A stretch of DNA of 64,000 bases from Dehalococcoidia bacterium (GTDB lineage Bacteria > Chloroflexota > Dehalococcoidia > Lucifugimonadales > GCA-2712585): the NCBI GenBank assembly GCA_965247585.1, contig CBDFHC010000004.1:881460-945459 (forward strand), read 5' to 3'. The notes beneath the pieces were generated by a model. That model did not search any database. It saw only the letters and a list, made by a program, of their open reading frames with translations, and was not told the DNA's origin. The position numbers and the translations under genes are program-made. Shown here in pieces: positions 1 to 9,797 of the stretch; position 1 is the stretch's first letter, and each line of letters opens with the position of its first letter.

Positions 1-955
1 CATAGGTCAGGCCACCCAGGTCCTCGCCCTCGTCCACGAACCGGAGCCCCAGGACGTTCACCATTATGGAGTAAGGGTAGGAAAGACGGTTGGTCCTATC
101 AGTTAGGCGAAGGTCACCCATCGCCGGGGCGTCGCCGTCAATTGGGGTCGCGTGGCACCCCTGCCAGTGGCCCACGGGTCTGGCCCCGAAGTCCAGCGCC
201 ATGCGAAGCGTCTCCCCGGTGTTGAAGCGGGTCCCGCGCACCTTAACCTGGTCCCACCCAACCCCCAGGTAGCGAGCCCGCATCTCGGCGTTGGCCTCGA
301 AGCCGCCGGACGCCAGCACCACCGCGCCCGCCGGCGCGTCCTCCACACCTTCAGGGGTGCGTACCCGCACCCCGCTGATGCGGCCTTGACCGTCCTCCAA
401 GAGACCGGTCATCTTGGACTGATAGGCAACATCTATACCAGCGCCTTCCACCGCTCTGAACAGGGAAGCCATTAGGCCGACTCCCTTGTTCTTCGCTTCC
501 AGCACAGTGCCGGGGTTGAACCGCAGGCTCTCCTCGGACTGGACCGACCAGAGTACCGTCCAGTCCCATTCCACCCCTAGCCCTGTCATCCAGGTCATGG
601 TGGGATAGGACTGCTGGGTCAGCACCTGTAGCAGCGCGGCGCTGGACTGGCCGCGGCTGGTGCGCATTATGTCTCCCAGATAACGGTCCGGCGCGTAGGG
701 CTCCGCCTCTACCCGCTCCCAGTCGCTGGGGGACACGTCGGGTCGAAGGGGCTTTAGCTCCTCAATGCTCTCGTAGGCGAACCGGAAGAGGCCGCCGCTG
801 AACCGGCTGTTGCCCCCGCGAAGGGAATGGGGCGCCTTCTCCAACACCAGCACCCTGGCGCCGGCCTGCTTGGCCGACATCGCCGCCGTCAGCGCGGCGT
901 TTCCAGCCCCTACCACTACAACATCGTACTTGGTGCCCGCCCTGGAGTTCGCCAT
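1..955 (-). CDS. FAD-dependent oxidoreductase, TcuA / fumarate-reductase-flavoprotein-like (3' end runs off the window)
   Basis: Not in the ORF track. The reverse frame is open from ATG (955-953) to position 1; every tta/cta/tca in that frame was checked by hand. The N-terminus MANSRAGTKYDVVVVGAGNAALTAAMSAKQAGARVLVLEKAPHSLRGGNSRFSGG carries a GxGxxA dinucleotide-binding motif. Clearly paralogous to the gene at 53037-54512. Confidence 0.8.
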   Translation of the reverse strand, partial: MANSRAGTKYDVVVVGAGNAALTAAMSAKQAGARVLVLEKAPHSLRGGNSRFSGGLFRFAYESIEELKPLRPDVSPSDWERVEAEPYAPDRYLGDIMRTSRGQSSAALLQVLTQQSYPTMTWMTGLGVEWDWTVLWSVQSEESLRFNPGTVLEAKNKGVGLMASLFRAVEGAGIDVAYQSKMTGLLEDGQGRISGVRVRTPEGVEDAPAGAVVLASGGFEANAEMRARYLGVGWDQVKVRGTRFNTGETLRMALDFGARPVGHWQGCHATPIDGDAPAMGDLRLTDRTNRLSYPYSIMVNVLGLRFVDEGEDLGGLTY

Positions 956-1057
956 TCAGCTAACCTGCCTCTCTTGCCCTCGCCGCGCTTGAAGCCGGTT
1001 GCAATCTACCGCCATTCGAAGGCAAGAGCAAGGCGTCCCGCGAATGATAAACCGGCT

Positions 1058-1086
1058 TTGACACCCCAAATGGCGCTTGGTAGACT
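1058..1086 (+). promoter_or_regulatory. sigma70-type promoter candidate (TTGACA-17 nt-TAGACT)
   Basis: TTGACA at 1058-1063, a 17-nt spacer, then TAGACT at 1081-1086, about 37 nt upstream of the NIPSNAP start. Confidence 0.4.
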
Positions 1087-1122
1087 CGGCTCACCTATAA
1101 GACAAGCCATAGAGGTGCGTTA

Positions 1123-1737
1123 ATGATCCACGAGCTCCGGACCTACACACTCAAATCAGGGGCCACGCCTGGCTACGAGAAGGTCTTCGGCGAGCGGCTA
1201 CCCCACCGGGAGAAGCATTCCAAATTGGGCGGCTTCTGGCACACCGAAGTAGGGCCGCTGAACCAGGTGATACACCTGTGGCCCTACGACGACCTGAAGC
1301 ACCGGATCGACGTGCGAACGGCTGGCGCGCAAGAGACCCAGTGGCCCCCGCCCAGCGGCGGAAACCTGGTGACTATGGAGAGCGAAATCCTCATCCCGGC
1401 CCCATTCATGCGTCCCCTGGCACCGGCGCAGCACGGTGGCCTCTACGAGCTACGAATCTACACCTGCCAGGTAGGGTCCATGCCGGAGGTGCTGAAGCGC
1501 TTCGGCGAGGTGCTGGAGGCTCGCGAAAAAATTTCTCCGTTGGTAGGGGTATGGACCACGGAGTTCGGTCTCCTCAACAGGCTCTACCACATGTGGGCTT
1601 ACAAAGACGGCAATGACCGGGATGCGAAACGCGCCGCGTCGCGGCAGCTCCCCAACTGGCCCCCCAACACCGGGGAGTTCCTACTGAACATGGAGAACAA
1701 GTTACTCATCCCAGCCCCGTTCTCTCCCCTACGCTAG
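1123..1737 (+). CDS. NIPSNAP family protein (two NIPSNAP repeats)
   Basis: 204-aa ORF. The two halves are alike (IHELRTYTLK... and LYELRIYTCQ..., each followed by WxYxD), as in tandem NIPSNAP domains. Confidence 0.8.
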   Translation: MIHELRTYTLKSGATPGYEKVFGERLPHREKHSKLGGFWHTEVGPLNQVIHLWPYDDLKHRIDVRTAGAQETQWPPPSGGNLVTMESEILIPAPFMRPLAPAQHGGLYELRIYTCQVGSMPEVLKRFGEVLEAREKISPLVGVWTTEFGLLNRLYHMWAYKDGNDRDAKRAASRQLPNWPPNTGEFLLNMENKLLIPAPFSPLR

Positions 1738-1827
1738 GTCGTAAGGAGAGCCAGTCCTGCTGGTTCCATCAAGCGCACCGCTGGCCATGAACAGCGTGCG
1801 CTACTGACCGTGACGAAGGAGGTCCGA

Positions 1828-2685
1828 ATGAATATTGGGGTCCTGGCTTCGCCGGCCATGGGCACGGTGGACATCGCCTTCACGGCGCGCGTTGCCGAGG
1901 AGTTGGGCTTCGAGTCGATATGGTGCGCCGAGCATCCGGTGATCCCGGTGCACTACACAACTCCCTACCCCGGCGCCCCGGACGGCATTATCCCCAGCAA
2001 CTATCACCGGATTGTGGACCCCTTCATCTTCCTGGCGCGGGCGTCAGGCGTGACCAGCCGGATCAAGCTGGGCACCGGGGTATGCCTCATTCCAGAGCGA
2101 AACCCGCTTCTGTTGGCCAAGGTGGTGTCCACGCTGGACCACTTCAGTGGCGGACGCTTCGTTTTCGGCATCGGCACCGGCTGGCTCAAGGAACAGATCG
2201 AGGTGATGGGTGGCGACTTCGACCACCGCTGGAGCCAGGCCAGGGAGTCCCTGGAGGTGATGAAGGCGCTGTGGACCCGCGACGCCGCCGAGTACCACGG
2301 CAAATACTTCGACTTCCCCGCGGTGAAGTCGTTCCCCAAGCCGGCGCAGAAGCCCCACCCGCCCATCCTCATCGGCGGAGGCGCCAGGGACGTTTTTAAG
2401 CGAATCGTGGCCCACGGCGATGGCTGGCTGCCAAACCGCGCCACGCCGGAGGACGTTGCCCGCGCCCGCGATACCTTGGACAAGCTGTGCGCCCAGGCGG
2501 GCCGGGACCCGGCCACGGTCTCCATCACCGCCTTCCACATATTCGGGCCGCCGGACGACCCGGCGCTGATTCGCGCCTTCTTCGGCGCTGGCGCCGAGCG
2601 GGTGGTCGTCCGCCCACGGGACGCCTACACCGAAGACGAAATGGAAGCGGAGCTCCGCCGTCTGGCGGGTATACATCTCAGTTAA
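1828..2685 (+). CDS. LLM-class (luciferase-like) F420/flavin-dependent oxidoreductase
   Basis: ORF 1810-2685. ATG at 1828 is preceded by GAAGGAGG. Begins MNIGVLASP...AEELGFESIWCAEHP, typical of the luciferase-like monooxygenase family. Confidence 0.85.
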   Translation: MNIGVLASPAMGTVDIAFTARVAEELGFESIWCAEHPVIPVHYTTPYPGAPDGIIPSNYHRIVDPFIFLARASGVTSRIKLGTGVCLIPERNPLLLAKVVSTLDHFSGGRFVFGIGTGWLKEQIEVMGGDFDHRWSQARESLEVMKALWTRDAAEYHGKYFDFPAVKSFPKPAQKPHPPILIGGGARDVFKRIVAHGDGWLPNRATPEDVARARDTLDKLCAQAGRDPATVSITAFHIFGPPDDPALIRAFFGAGAERVVVRPRDAYTEDEMEAELRRLAGIHLS

Positions 2686-2738
2686 ACCAGGGCGGAGTAC
2701 CCGCTGACCGCCTTACAATCTTGCACCCGGAGAGAGGA

Positions 2739-3476
2739 ATGCAAAGACCGCCCGCGGACTCGCCCGAAAAGACATTGGCTCGCTACATGACCGGCGAGAT
2801 AGACCAGAACGTGGAACCGATGCGGGTGGAGCGAACGAGCCCGGACCCAGAGCTGGACGACAACAACGGCCAAGGCTTGACCCTGCACACCAGCCACGGT
2901 GACCTGCGGGCCATCTGGCACGAAGCACCCGGGTCCCGCCGCGCGGTCGTCCTGGCCAGCGGGGCCGGCGGCGGCTTCAACGGCCCCGGCCGGGTCTTCT
3001 ACACCGCGTTCGCCGAGGAGCTCCGACAAATGGGCATTTCTGCCCTGCGCGTCGACTACCGCCAACCGGCGGTCCTGGTCCCTAGCGGGATGGACGTTCT
3101 GGCGGGAATAGACTTCTTGCATTCCAACGACTATGGCCCCGTGGTGGTAGTGGGACACTCCTTCGGCGGCGCGGTGGTCATTGCCGCCGGTGCGGTAAGC
3201 CCCCACTGCTGCGGCGTGGTATCCCTGGCGGGACAGACCCAGGGCGCATACCGCGCCGGGATGGTGTCGCCCCGGCCTCTGCTGATTGTCCACGGTGAGC
3301 GAGACACCCTGCTGCCGGTCCTCTGCGCCATCCAGATACATAGCTGGGCGGCGCATCCCAAGGAGTTGGTCATCTACCCCAACGCGGAGCACAGCCTGCT
3401 GGAGCACCGCGACGACCTGGAGGCGCTCCTGAAGGAGTGGATCCCTGCGGCGCTGGAGAAGGGCATCACCGGCTAA
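2739..3476 (+). CDS. alpha/beta hydrolase (dienelactone-hydrolase-like)
   Basis: Lies in ORF 2487-3476. The start was moved to ATG 2739 (GGAGAGAGGA upstream) because the upstream part overlaps the LLM gene. Nucleophile elbow GHSFGG; a late HG..D...H segment. Confidence 0.7.
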   Translation: MQRPPADSPEKTLARYMTGEIDQNVEPMRVERTSPDPELDDNNGQGLTLHTSHGDLRAIWHEAPGSRRAVVLASGAGGGFNGPGRVFYTAFAEELRQMGISALRVDYRQPAVLVPSGMDVLAGIDFLHSNDYGPVVVVGHSFGGAVVIAAGAVSPHCCGVVSLAGQTQGAYRAGMVSPRPLLIVHGERDTLLPVLCAIQIHSWAAHPKELVIYPNAEHSLLEHRDDLEALLKEWIPAALEKGITG

Positions 3477-3520
3477 GGCCGCAAGACTCGGGCGCTTCTT
3501 GGACGTAGATGCTTGGTGAG

Positions 3521-3985
3521 CTAAGTAAACCTCACCTTCGACCAGCCCTCTTCGAAGGTAGTCCGGAACAGGCGGCTGGCGATTTTCTTGCTGAACATCC
3601 ACCTACCGTCCCGCCTCACGTACTCCTCATTGTCCACCCCCGCCATCCAGTGGGCGCCGTTGTTGTATCCCATGATGCAAGGCATGAAGGTGAACCAGCG
3701 GGCCTTGGCCGTGTCGCCGCTCACCTCGATCTTGGGGTTCACATTGTAATGGACGGCGAAGGTGAATATCTTCGAAGCCCCCTTGAAGAACTCCCGAATG
3801 GCCTCCCGGCCCTTGTACTCGCCCAACCCCTCGCTCTCCCAGACGGCGTCCTCCGTAAACAGCACGGCGATCTTGTCGGCGTCGTAGCTATCGTCGCAGA
3901 GCGCGGCGTACTCCGCCTTCAGGTTCCTTATGGCTTCCGCGTCCTCCAGCGCCCTGACTCTCGTTTCCAACTCTTCCAGACTCAT
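3521..3985 (-). CDS. SnoaL-like / NTF2-fold protein
   Basis: 154-aa ORF. N-terminal ...EDAEAIRNLKAEYAALCD... followed by a beta-rich C-terminal half, typical of SnoaL_4/NTF2-like proteins. Confidence 0.7.
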   Translation of the reverse strand: MSLEELETRVRALEDAEAIRNLKAEYAALCDDSYDADKIAVLFTEDAVWESEGLGEYKGREAIREFFKGASKIFTFAVHYNVNPKIEVSGDTAKARWFTFMPCIMGYNNGAHWMAGVDNEEYVRRDGRWMFSKKIASRLFRTTFEEGWSKVRFT

Positions 3986-4044
3986 TTCTCACACCTCCTG
4001 AAAAAATTTCCGGCGATTGTAGCACAGGGCACAGCGCACAGCGG

Positions 4045-5064
4045 TCAGCCCCGGTACTCGTCGCCGCAGTCGCCAATGAGCCGAAACAGGTCCCGCGACC
4101 GGCCCATCACCGACTCCAGTCCCTCCCGGTCCTCGTCGTCCAGGCTGAAATCAAACACCCTGGCGTTCTCCTCCCGGTGCTCCGCCACGCCCAGCCGGGC
4201 GCCCGCTATAACCCCCGCCACCGCGGGTCGGTCCAGGACGTAGCGCACCGCCACATTGGCCACGCTCACCGAGTGCTTATCGGCAATTCCCCTGGCCGCC
4301 AGCAACAACTCCTGGAACAACTCCCAACCGCCCCAGGCATCAATCATCTGCTTGTACTTCCCAAGGCTGGCGGTGTTCAGCTCAGCGCGCCGGGGTTCCG
4401 GCCGGCCCAGGTACCTATCGGACAGCAGGCCGCCGCACAACGTGCCGTAGGCCAGCAGGTGGACCCCTGTGTCCAGGCACACCGCCGCCATTCGCTGCTC
4501 CGGCCGGCGGTCTATCATTGAATACTGCACCTGGTTGGACACCACCGGGACCCCATGGCGGCATATCTGCTCTAGCCGCTCCGTGTCAAAGTTGGTCAGC
4601 CCCACGTGCCGGATTCTTCCCTCTTCTTTGAGCCCAGTGAGCTGGTCCAGCGCCTCCAGGTACCGGTTGTCACAGTAGTCCCACCAGTGGAACTGCATCA
4701 GGTCCAGCCGTTCCACGTCCATTCGACGCAGAGACCTTCCGACGGCCTGGTCAACCACCTCCCGCGACATTGGGCCGGGGGGAGGCACCCACTTGGTGAA
4801 TGCCTGGAGCTGGGCCAGCGAATCACTACCCCGCGTGCTGGAAAGTTGACGCCGGAACTCGCCGATAAACTCCTCCGCCGGACCGTAGTGGTCCGCCAGG
4901 TCCCAGGTGTGGAACCCGGCGTCGGCGTAATCGAACATGCTCCGCACCGCCGCGTCGGGGTCGATGCGACCGTGGCCGCCGGATACCTGCCACAGCCCGG
5001 TCATTACCCGGCAGATGGAAATATCAGGCGTGAACTGGAAACTGTTGTTTTCGGGTAGGCCCAT
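4045..5064 (-). CDS. aldo/keto reductase
   Basis: 339-aa ORF with AKR hallmarks: DLADHYG..E, GRIRHVGLTNF, VSNQVQYS. Confidence 0.85.
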   Translation of the reverse strand: MGLPENNSFQFTPDISICRVMTGLWQVSGGHGRIDPDAAVRSMFDYADAGFHTWDLADHYGPAEEFIGEFRRQLSSTRGSDSLAQLQAFTKWVPPPGPMSREVVDQAVGRSLRRMDVERLDLMQFHWWDYCDNRYLEALDQLTGLKEEGRIRHVGLTNFDTERLEQICRHGVPVVSNQVQYSMIDRRPEQRMAAVCLDTGVHLLAYGTLCGGLLSDRYLGRPEPRRAELNTASLGKYKQMIDAWGGWELFQELLLAARGIADKHSVSVANVAVRYVLDRPAVAGVIAGARLGVAEHREENARVFDFSLDDEDREGLESVMGRSRDLFRLIGDCGDEYRG

Positions 5065-5076
5065 GACGCCGATGCC

Positions 5077-6411
5077 CTATCGGATGCGCTGCACCACGGA
5101 GCGCGTAGCGTCCACCAGGGCATCCACCTCAGCCTCGGTGGTGAGCACGTTCAATGCCCCCGCGCAGGCGCTCTGAAGCCACATCCCTTCGTTGATAAGC
5201 CCCAGGAACAGCGACTTTCTTTTGGCCATATCTCCCCGGAGCATGGATCGGTGGTCGGTGACCTCCTCGGATGTGAGGTGGATTCCGAAAAGGGACGACA
5301 CCCCGGTGATCTGCGCCGGAACGTCCAACTCGTCAAACACCGCGCGCATCTTCCCGCGAAGGCTCTCTCCCAACCATCCCAACCGATGGTACACCTCCGG
5401 GGTCAGGCGCCCCATCACCACCTCGCCCGCAGCCATGGTAGTGGGGTTCGCGTTGAACGTCCCAGCGTGGGGCACCGTCTCCCCCGGCGCAGAAGGGTCG
5501 AAGACGGCCATGATATCCTCCCGGCCCCCGAAGGCCCCCACCGCCAGCCCGCCGCCGATAATTTTGCCCAGGGTCGTCATGTCCGGCACCACGCCGAAGG
5601 CCTCTTGCGCGCCGCCCGGCGCTATGCGAAAGCTCTGCACTTCGTCAAAGATAAGCACTATGCCCAGCTCCCGGGTCACCTCCCTGATTCCCTTTAAGAA
5701 CTCCAACTCAGCCACCACGTAGCCGAAGCGGGAAGAGATGGGCTCCATGATCACGCAACCAAGTCGTGAGGCGTGCTGCCGTATCCTTCGCTCGCTCTCC
5801 TCCAGGTCGTTAAAAGGCAGAACGATAACATCGTCCAGCAGGTTGGGCGGCTGCCCGGGATGTTCCGGCACGGCGGTGGGGCCGCTGGGGTCCAGCTTGG
5901 CCGCCGGGGTACCCACACTCACCGAAACGTACTCGTGGGAGCCGTGGTATCCCCCTTCGAACTTGGCGATCTTGTGCCGCCCGGTGAACGCCCGCGCCGC
6001 TCGGATGGCCATCATCGTGCCCTCGGTGCCGGAGTTGGTGAACCGGATGGTATCCACCGAAGGGATGCGTTGGCAGAGAATCTCCGCCAACCGAATTTGG
6101 GACTCGGTGGGGCCGCCAAAGGCCGTGCCCCTGGCCGCCTGTTGCTGGATGGCGCGCACCACCTCCGGCTCGGCATGGCCCAGGACCAGGCTGGTGGCGT
6201 TGATCATGAAGTCCAGGTAACCGTTGCCGTCTACATCATATAAGTAGTGGCCCTCGCCACGGTCCACAAAAACCGGGTACGGGTCGAAGTAGGCGGTCCC
6301 CCGGGAGCTGCCTCCTGGCAGATACCGCTGCGCCCTCTCCTGCATAGACCTGGACCTGGGCGTCTTGGCCCTGTATTGCTCTATCTCTGCTTGCCAGCTT
6401 TCGGCGGACAT
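5077..6411 (-). CDS. class-III PLP aminotransferase (glutamate-1-semialdehyde aminomutase-like)
   Basis: 444-aa ORF with NSGTEGTMMAIRAAR, IFDEV..FR and TLGKIIGGG (PLP-Lys context), typical of the GSA-AT / omega-aminotransferase family. Confidence 0.85.
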   Translation of the reverse strand: MSAESWQAEIEQYRAKTPRSRSMQERAQRYLPGGSSRGTAYFDPYPVFVDRGEGHYLYDVDGNGYLDFMINATSLVLGHAEPEVVRAIQQQAARGTAFGGPTESQIRLAEILCQRIPSVDTIRFTNSGTEGTMMAIRAARAFTGRHKIAKFEGGYHGSHEYVSVSVGTPAAKLDPSGPTAVPEHPGQPPNLLDDVIVLPFNDLEESERRIRQHASRLGCVIMEPISSRFGYVVAELEFLKGIREVTRELGIVLIFDEVQSFRIAPGGAQEAFGVVPDMTTLGKIIGGGLAVGAFGGREDIMAVFDPSAPGETVPHAGTFNANPTTMAAGEVVMGRLTPEVYHRLGWLGESLRGKMRAVFDELDVPAQITGVSSLFGIHLTSEEVTDHRSMLRGDMAKRKSLFLGLINEGMWLQSACAGALNVLTTEAEVDALVDATRSVVQRIR

Positions 6412-6667
6412 CTTTTTCCTCTCAGCAAAACTCTGTGACCCAATGGATGGCCCAGTTCCCTCCGGACCCTACACCAACCGTGTTCGACCGTTATGGTACC
6501 ATCCGGCACTCTGCCCGGCGACCGGACGGCCAACTTGCGCCCCATCCCGCCGCGGCGTATCCTTTCGGCGTTAGTAGGCACGCCCGGAATCCCGGAGCGC
6601 TCTCGTAAACGGGCCGGCATCAGGCCCGGGCGTTTCCCACTAATCCAACAGCTTAGGAGGCGACCAG

Positions 6668-8368
6668 ATGGCCGAATTTGACCTAGTAATTCGTGGCGGT
6701 ACCGTGGTGGACGGCACCGGCATTCCCCGGTTTAAGGCGGACGTGGCGGTGAAAGACGGGAGGATCGCTCGAATTAGCGGGAAGATCCCTTCGGGCGGCG
6801 CCAAGGAGATTGACGCCTCCGGCTGCATCGTCGCCCCGGGTGCCATTGACCTGCACACCCACTATGACGCCCAGCTCAACTGGGACCCCTACGCCTCCTT
6901 GTCCGGCTGGTTCGGCGTCACCTCGCTGACCATCGGCGAGTGCGGTTTCGGCTTCGCGCCTACCAGGCCCGAGGACCGGGACCTGAACATGCGGATGATG
7001 AACCGTATTGAGGCCATTCCGCTGGAGTCTATGCGAAAAGGTCTGCGTTGGGATTGGGAAACCTTCCCGCAGTACATGGACAGCCTGGAGCGGCAGGGGC
7101 TGGGGGTGAACGTGGGTCCCCTGCTCCCATTTTCACCCATGCGCGGCTACGTCCTGGGGATGATTCCGGCGCGGGAGCGCACCTCCGTCACCGACGCCGA
7201 ACTAAACCAGATGAAGCAGATATTTGACGAGGCAATGAAGGCAGGAGCCTTCGGTTTCTCGTTGGACAAGAACATGGAAGACAGGCCGGAGGACGGCAGC
7301 TTCCTCCCCAGCCACGTTGCCTCCGATGCCGAATTCCTGGCGCTAGCCGAGGTGCTGGGGAAATACGGCGCCGGCCACATGGGCCTGACACTCGGCTTCG
7401 GCCTCTCCGCCGAAGAGCGCAGCTCCATTCGAGACCTGACCGCCAACATGATGCGGCTCAGCGGCCGTCCCTTCAGCCTGCTGGACATTGAGGTTGACGA
7501 GGACCCGGACTGGATAGCCGCCTGCCGTAAGGAGGGATTGCCCCTGGTCTACCAGCAGCTTTCCACCAGTGTGGGCATCGGCCAGCAGTTCAAGCTTTCC
7601 GAGTTCAATATGTTTGATTACATGCCTAACTGGGTGGAACCCTTCCTGGGCACCCCCGGCGAGCGGGCCGAGAAGCTGACCGACCTATCCATTCGCCCGG
7701 CCATGAAGGCGGATATCGCCGATTGGCCTAACCGCCGCACGGATTGGGACCGGGTCCGCGCCGTGGAGGTGGTCCACGAGCGCAACTACCAGTATGAGGG
7801 CCTCACCGTTAACGAGATCGCCGAGAAGATGGGAAAGGAGCCGTTGGACGCCTTCCTGGACCTGGCCCTGGACGAGGGGTTGGAAACTGAATTCACCACC
7901 CCGCCGCTGGACACCGAGCAGGAGATTAACAACCACGGTAAGAGCCTTCTAGACCCTTACACCCATATATCCGTTTCGGACGGCGGGGCTCACACCCGGT
8001 TCACAACCCACAGCGTCTGGCCGGTGTTCTGGCTCTCCTACTGGATCCGTGACCGTGAGCTGATGACCCTGGAGCATGGCCACTACAAGATGAGCGCCCT
8101 GCCCGCCTGGATCACGGACTTCAAGGAGCGCGGCACCCTGCGCGTCGGCAACTGGGCGGACATCATCGTCTACGACCTGGACAAGCTGGGACTCCTGCAC
8201 GACAAGCCCATCTACGCCGACGACTTCCCCGGCGGCGAAAGGCGATTGATCCAGAAACCCACCGGCCTCCTCTACACCATAGTGAACGGCACCGTGACCT
8301 TTGAAGGGAACGATTGCACCGGCGCCCTGCCGGGCAAGCTGCTCCGCAGCTACGACATGGTGGGTTAG
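6668..8368 (+). CDS. N-acyl-D-amino-acid deacylase-family amidohydrolase
   Basis: 566-aa ORF. N-terminus DLVIRGGTVVDGTG...DVAVKDGRIARI...APGAIDLHTHYD (metal-binding HxH). GGAGG lies 6 nt upstream. Confidence 0.85.
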   Translation: MAEFDLVIRGGTVVDGTGIPRFKADVAVKDGRIARISGKIPSGGAKEIDASGCIVAPGAIDLHTHYDAQLNWDPYASLSGWFGVTSLTIGECGFGFAPTRPEDRDLNMRMMNRIEAIPLESMRKGLRWDWETFPQYMDSLERQGLGVNVGPLLPFSPMRGYVLGMIPARERTSVTDAELNQMKQIFDEAMKAGAFGFSLDKNMEDRPEDGSFLPSHVASDAEFLALAEVLGKYGAGHMGLTLGFGLSAEERSSIRDLTANMMRLSGRPFSLLDIEVDEDPDWIAACRKEGLPLVYQQLSTSVGIGQQFKLSEFNMFDYMPNWVEPFLGTPGERAEKLTDLSIRPAMKADIADWPNRRTDWDRVRAVEVVHERNYQYEGLTVNEIAEKMGKEPLDAFLDLALDEGLETEFTTPPLDTEQEINNHGKSLLDPYTHISVSDGGAHTRFTTHSVWPVFWLSYWIRDRELMTLEHGHYKMSALPAWITDFKERGTLRVGNWADIIVYDLDKLGLLHDKPIYADDFPGGERRLIQKPTGLLYTIVNGTVTFEGNDCTGALPGKLLRSYDMVG

Positions 8369-8398
8369 CCGCTGGTATTGACGCCACTACCGACAAAA

Positions 8399-8428
8399 GG
8401 GCCGCGGAGACACCGCGGCCCTTTTCTT
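8399..8428. terminator. rho-independent terminator between convergent genes
   Basis: GGGCCGCGG-AGACA-CCGCGGCCC (9-bp perfect stem) flanked by AAAA upstream and TTTTCTT downstream, 30 nt after the stop at 8368. Confidence 0.65.
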
Positions 8429-8480
8429 ATTCCCCCGAAAACGACCTCCCTATGGCTTCACCTGGCAGTCTTATAGGAAG

Positions 8481-8625
8481 GTGCAAGGAACCCGCGTTCC
8501 CTGCCGGAAGTCTGAGCGTGTCCCTCAGTTATTAACTTTAAAAACCTTCCGGGACGGTCGAGGGTGGGCACCACCAACCTGCGATTTGCCGTCCTCTATG
8601 CTGGCGAGACCCATCGCAATGGCAG
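8481..8625 (-). repeat. structured intergenic repeat, copy D (inverted orientation)
   Basis: Aligns by eye to the reverse complement of copies at 61531-61676 and 61688-61833. Shared blocks include tgccgg[a/g]agtctgag[c/g]gtgtccctcag...tttaaaaccttccgg...gggtgggcaccaccaacctg[c/t]gatttg. Confidence 0.7.
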
Positions 8626-8671
8626 ATCTCCTGAAACCAAACCTTTGGCGACGGTCTATGACAGCGAGAAG

Positions 8672-9796
8672 CTACTCCGCCCTGGCTGAGGAGCTCCCCG
8701 CCGCTACGGGACTTATGCCAAACGCTTCCGCCAGCAGCCGGTAGGACCTGACCCTCGCCTCAAAGGAGTAGCAGTTGGTCACCACCCCTACGTCCCGGGT
8801 CTGGTACCTATCCGCGGCCTCCACCATCCAGTCCCGCACCTGCTCCGGCGTGCTGTCGCGGTAGCCCCGGCTGTAGCTCTCCACGTACTGTTTGGCTTCC
8901 TCGGTTAAGGGGTAAGCCGCAGCTTCCTCCGGAGGCAGCAGCCCATGCTCCATCCCCATTAACCAGGCCACCCGGTTCAGGTTACGGCTGGCGCCCAACA
9001 GCACGGCCTCTTCCTCTGTAGGAGCGCAGATAACCTGGACGGTGACATTCACTTTCGGCTCTGACAGAAAGCGCGACGGCTTGAATTCGCTGCGGTATAT
9101 CTCCGCCACCGTGGGGCCAAAGTCCCCGGTGTTGCCGAAGAAGTCCGCAAACGAGAAGGGCAGGCCCAGTTGGGCGGCCAGTTGCGCGCTATAGGTGCTG
9201 GAGCCCAGCAACCACACCTCCGGCGCCGAGTCCGGCTTGGGACCCGGCTGGACATGAATCTTCGCAAAAGGATGGCTCTCGTCTATCTCTCCGTTGATGA
9301 AACCCAGCAGATCCAGCACCTGTTGGGGAAAGTGCTGTATCTCCGCCTGACGCCGCGGGTAGGCCAGCGCCGCCGCAGTCAACTGGTCGCTGCCCGGCGC
9401 CCGGCCTACCCCCAGGTCAATGCGGCCGGGGAAAAACGAGTCCAGGATGCGGAACTGCTCCGCCACCTTCAGCGCGGAATAATGGGAGAGCATCACCCCG
9501 CCGCTGCCCACCCTGATGCTCCGGGTATGCGCGGCTATTTGCCCTATCAGCACCTCAGGGCTGGTCCCAGCAAAAGAGGGAGAGCTATGGTGCTCCGCCA
9601 CCCAGTAACGCTGGTAGCCCAACTCTTCCACCTCCTGGGCCAGCTTCACCGTCTCCGCCAGCGCCTCGGACGGTGTGCCGCCGCGCCGCATGGGCGACTG
9701 GTCGACGACGCTCAGAATGAACTGGCCGGTAGGTGATGCCCTTTCCATATCTGGGTCGGTAGTACCGTTGGATACCAGATTCTCTTCGCTCAACAC
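8672..9796 (-). CDS. LLM-class flavin-dependent oxidoreductase (YhbW/MsnO8-like)
   Basis: 374-aa ORF with LSVVDQSP...A..LA...E.LGY.RYWVAEHH and a GSDQ motif. GTG start lies 1 nt after the upstream stop; ATG at 9748 is an alternative. Confidence 0.85.
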   Translation of the reverse strand: MLSEENLVSNGTTDPDMERASPTGQFILSVVDQSPMRRGGTPSEALAETVKLAQEVEELGYQRYWVAEHHSSPSFAGTSPEVLIGQIAAHTRSIRVGSGGVMLSHYSALKVAEQFRILDSFFPGRIDLGVGRAPGSDQLTAAALAYPRRQAEIQHFPQQVLDLLGFINGEIDESHPFAKIHVQPGPKPDSAPEVWLLGSSTYSAQLAAQLGLPFSFADFFGNTGDFGPTVAEIYRSEFKPSRFLSEPKVNVTVQVICAPTEEEAVLLGASRNLNRVAWLMGMEHGLLPPEEAAAYPLTEEAKQYVESYSRGYRDSTPEQVRDWMVEAADRYQTRDVGVVTNCYSFEARVRSYRLLAEAFGISPVAAGSSSARAE

Positions 9797-9797
9797 T

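Noticed and set aside
6412-6667. 256-bp divergent spacer checked for a riboswitch or leader
   Set aside because: It contains only short local hairpins (for example CGGGCC-ggcatca-GGCCCG). I could recognise no conserved riboswitch core motifs.
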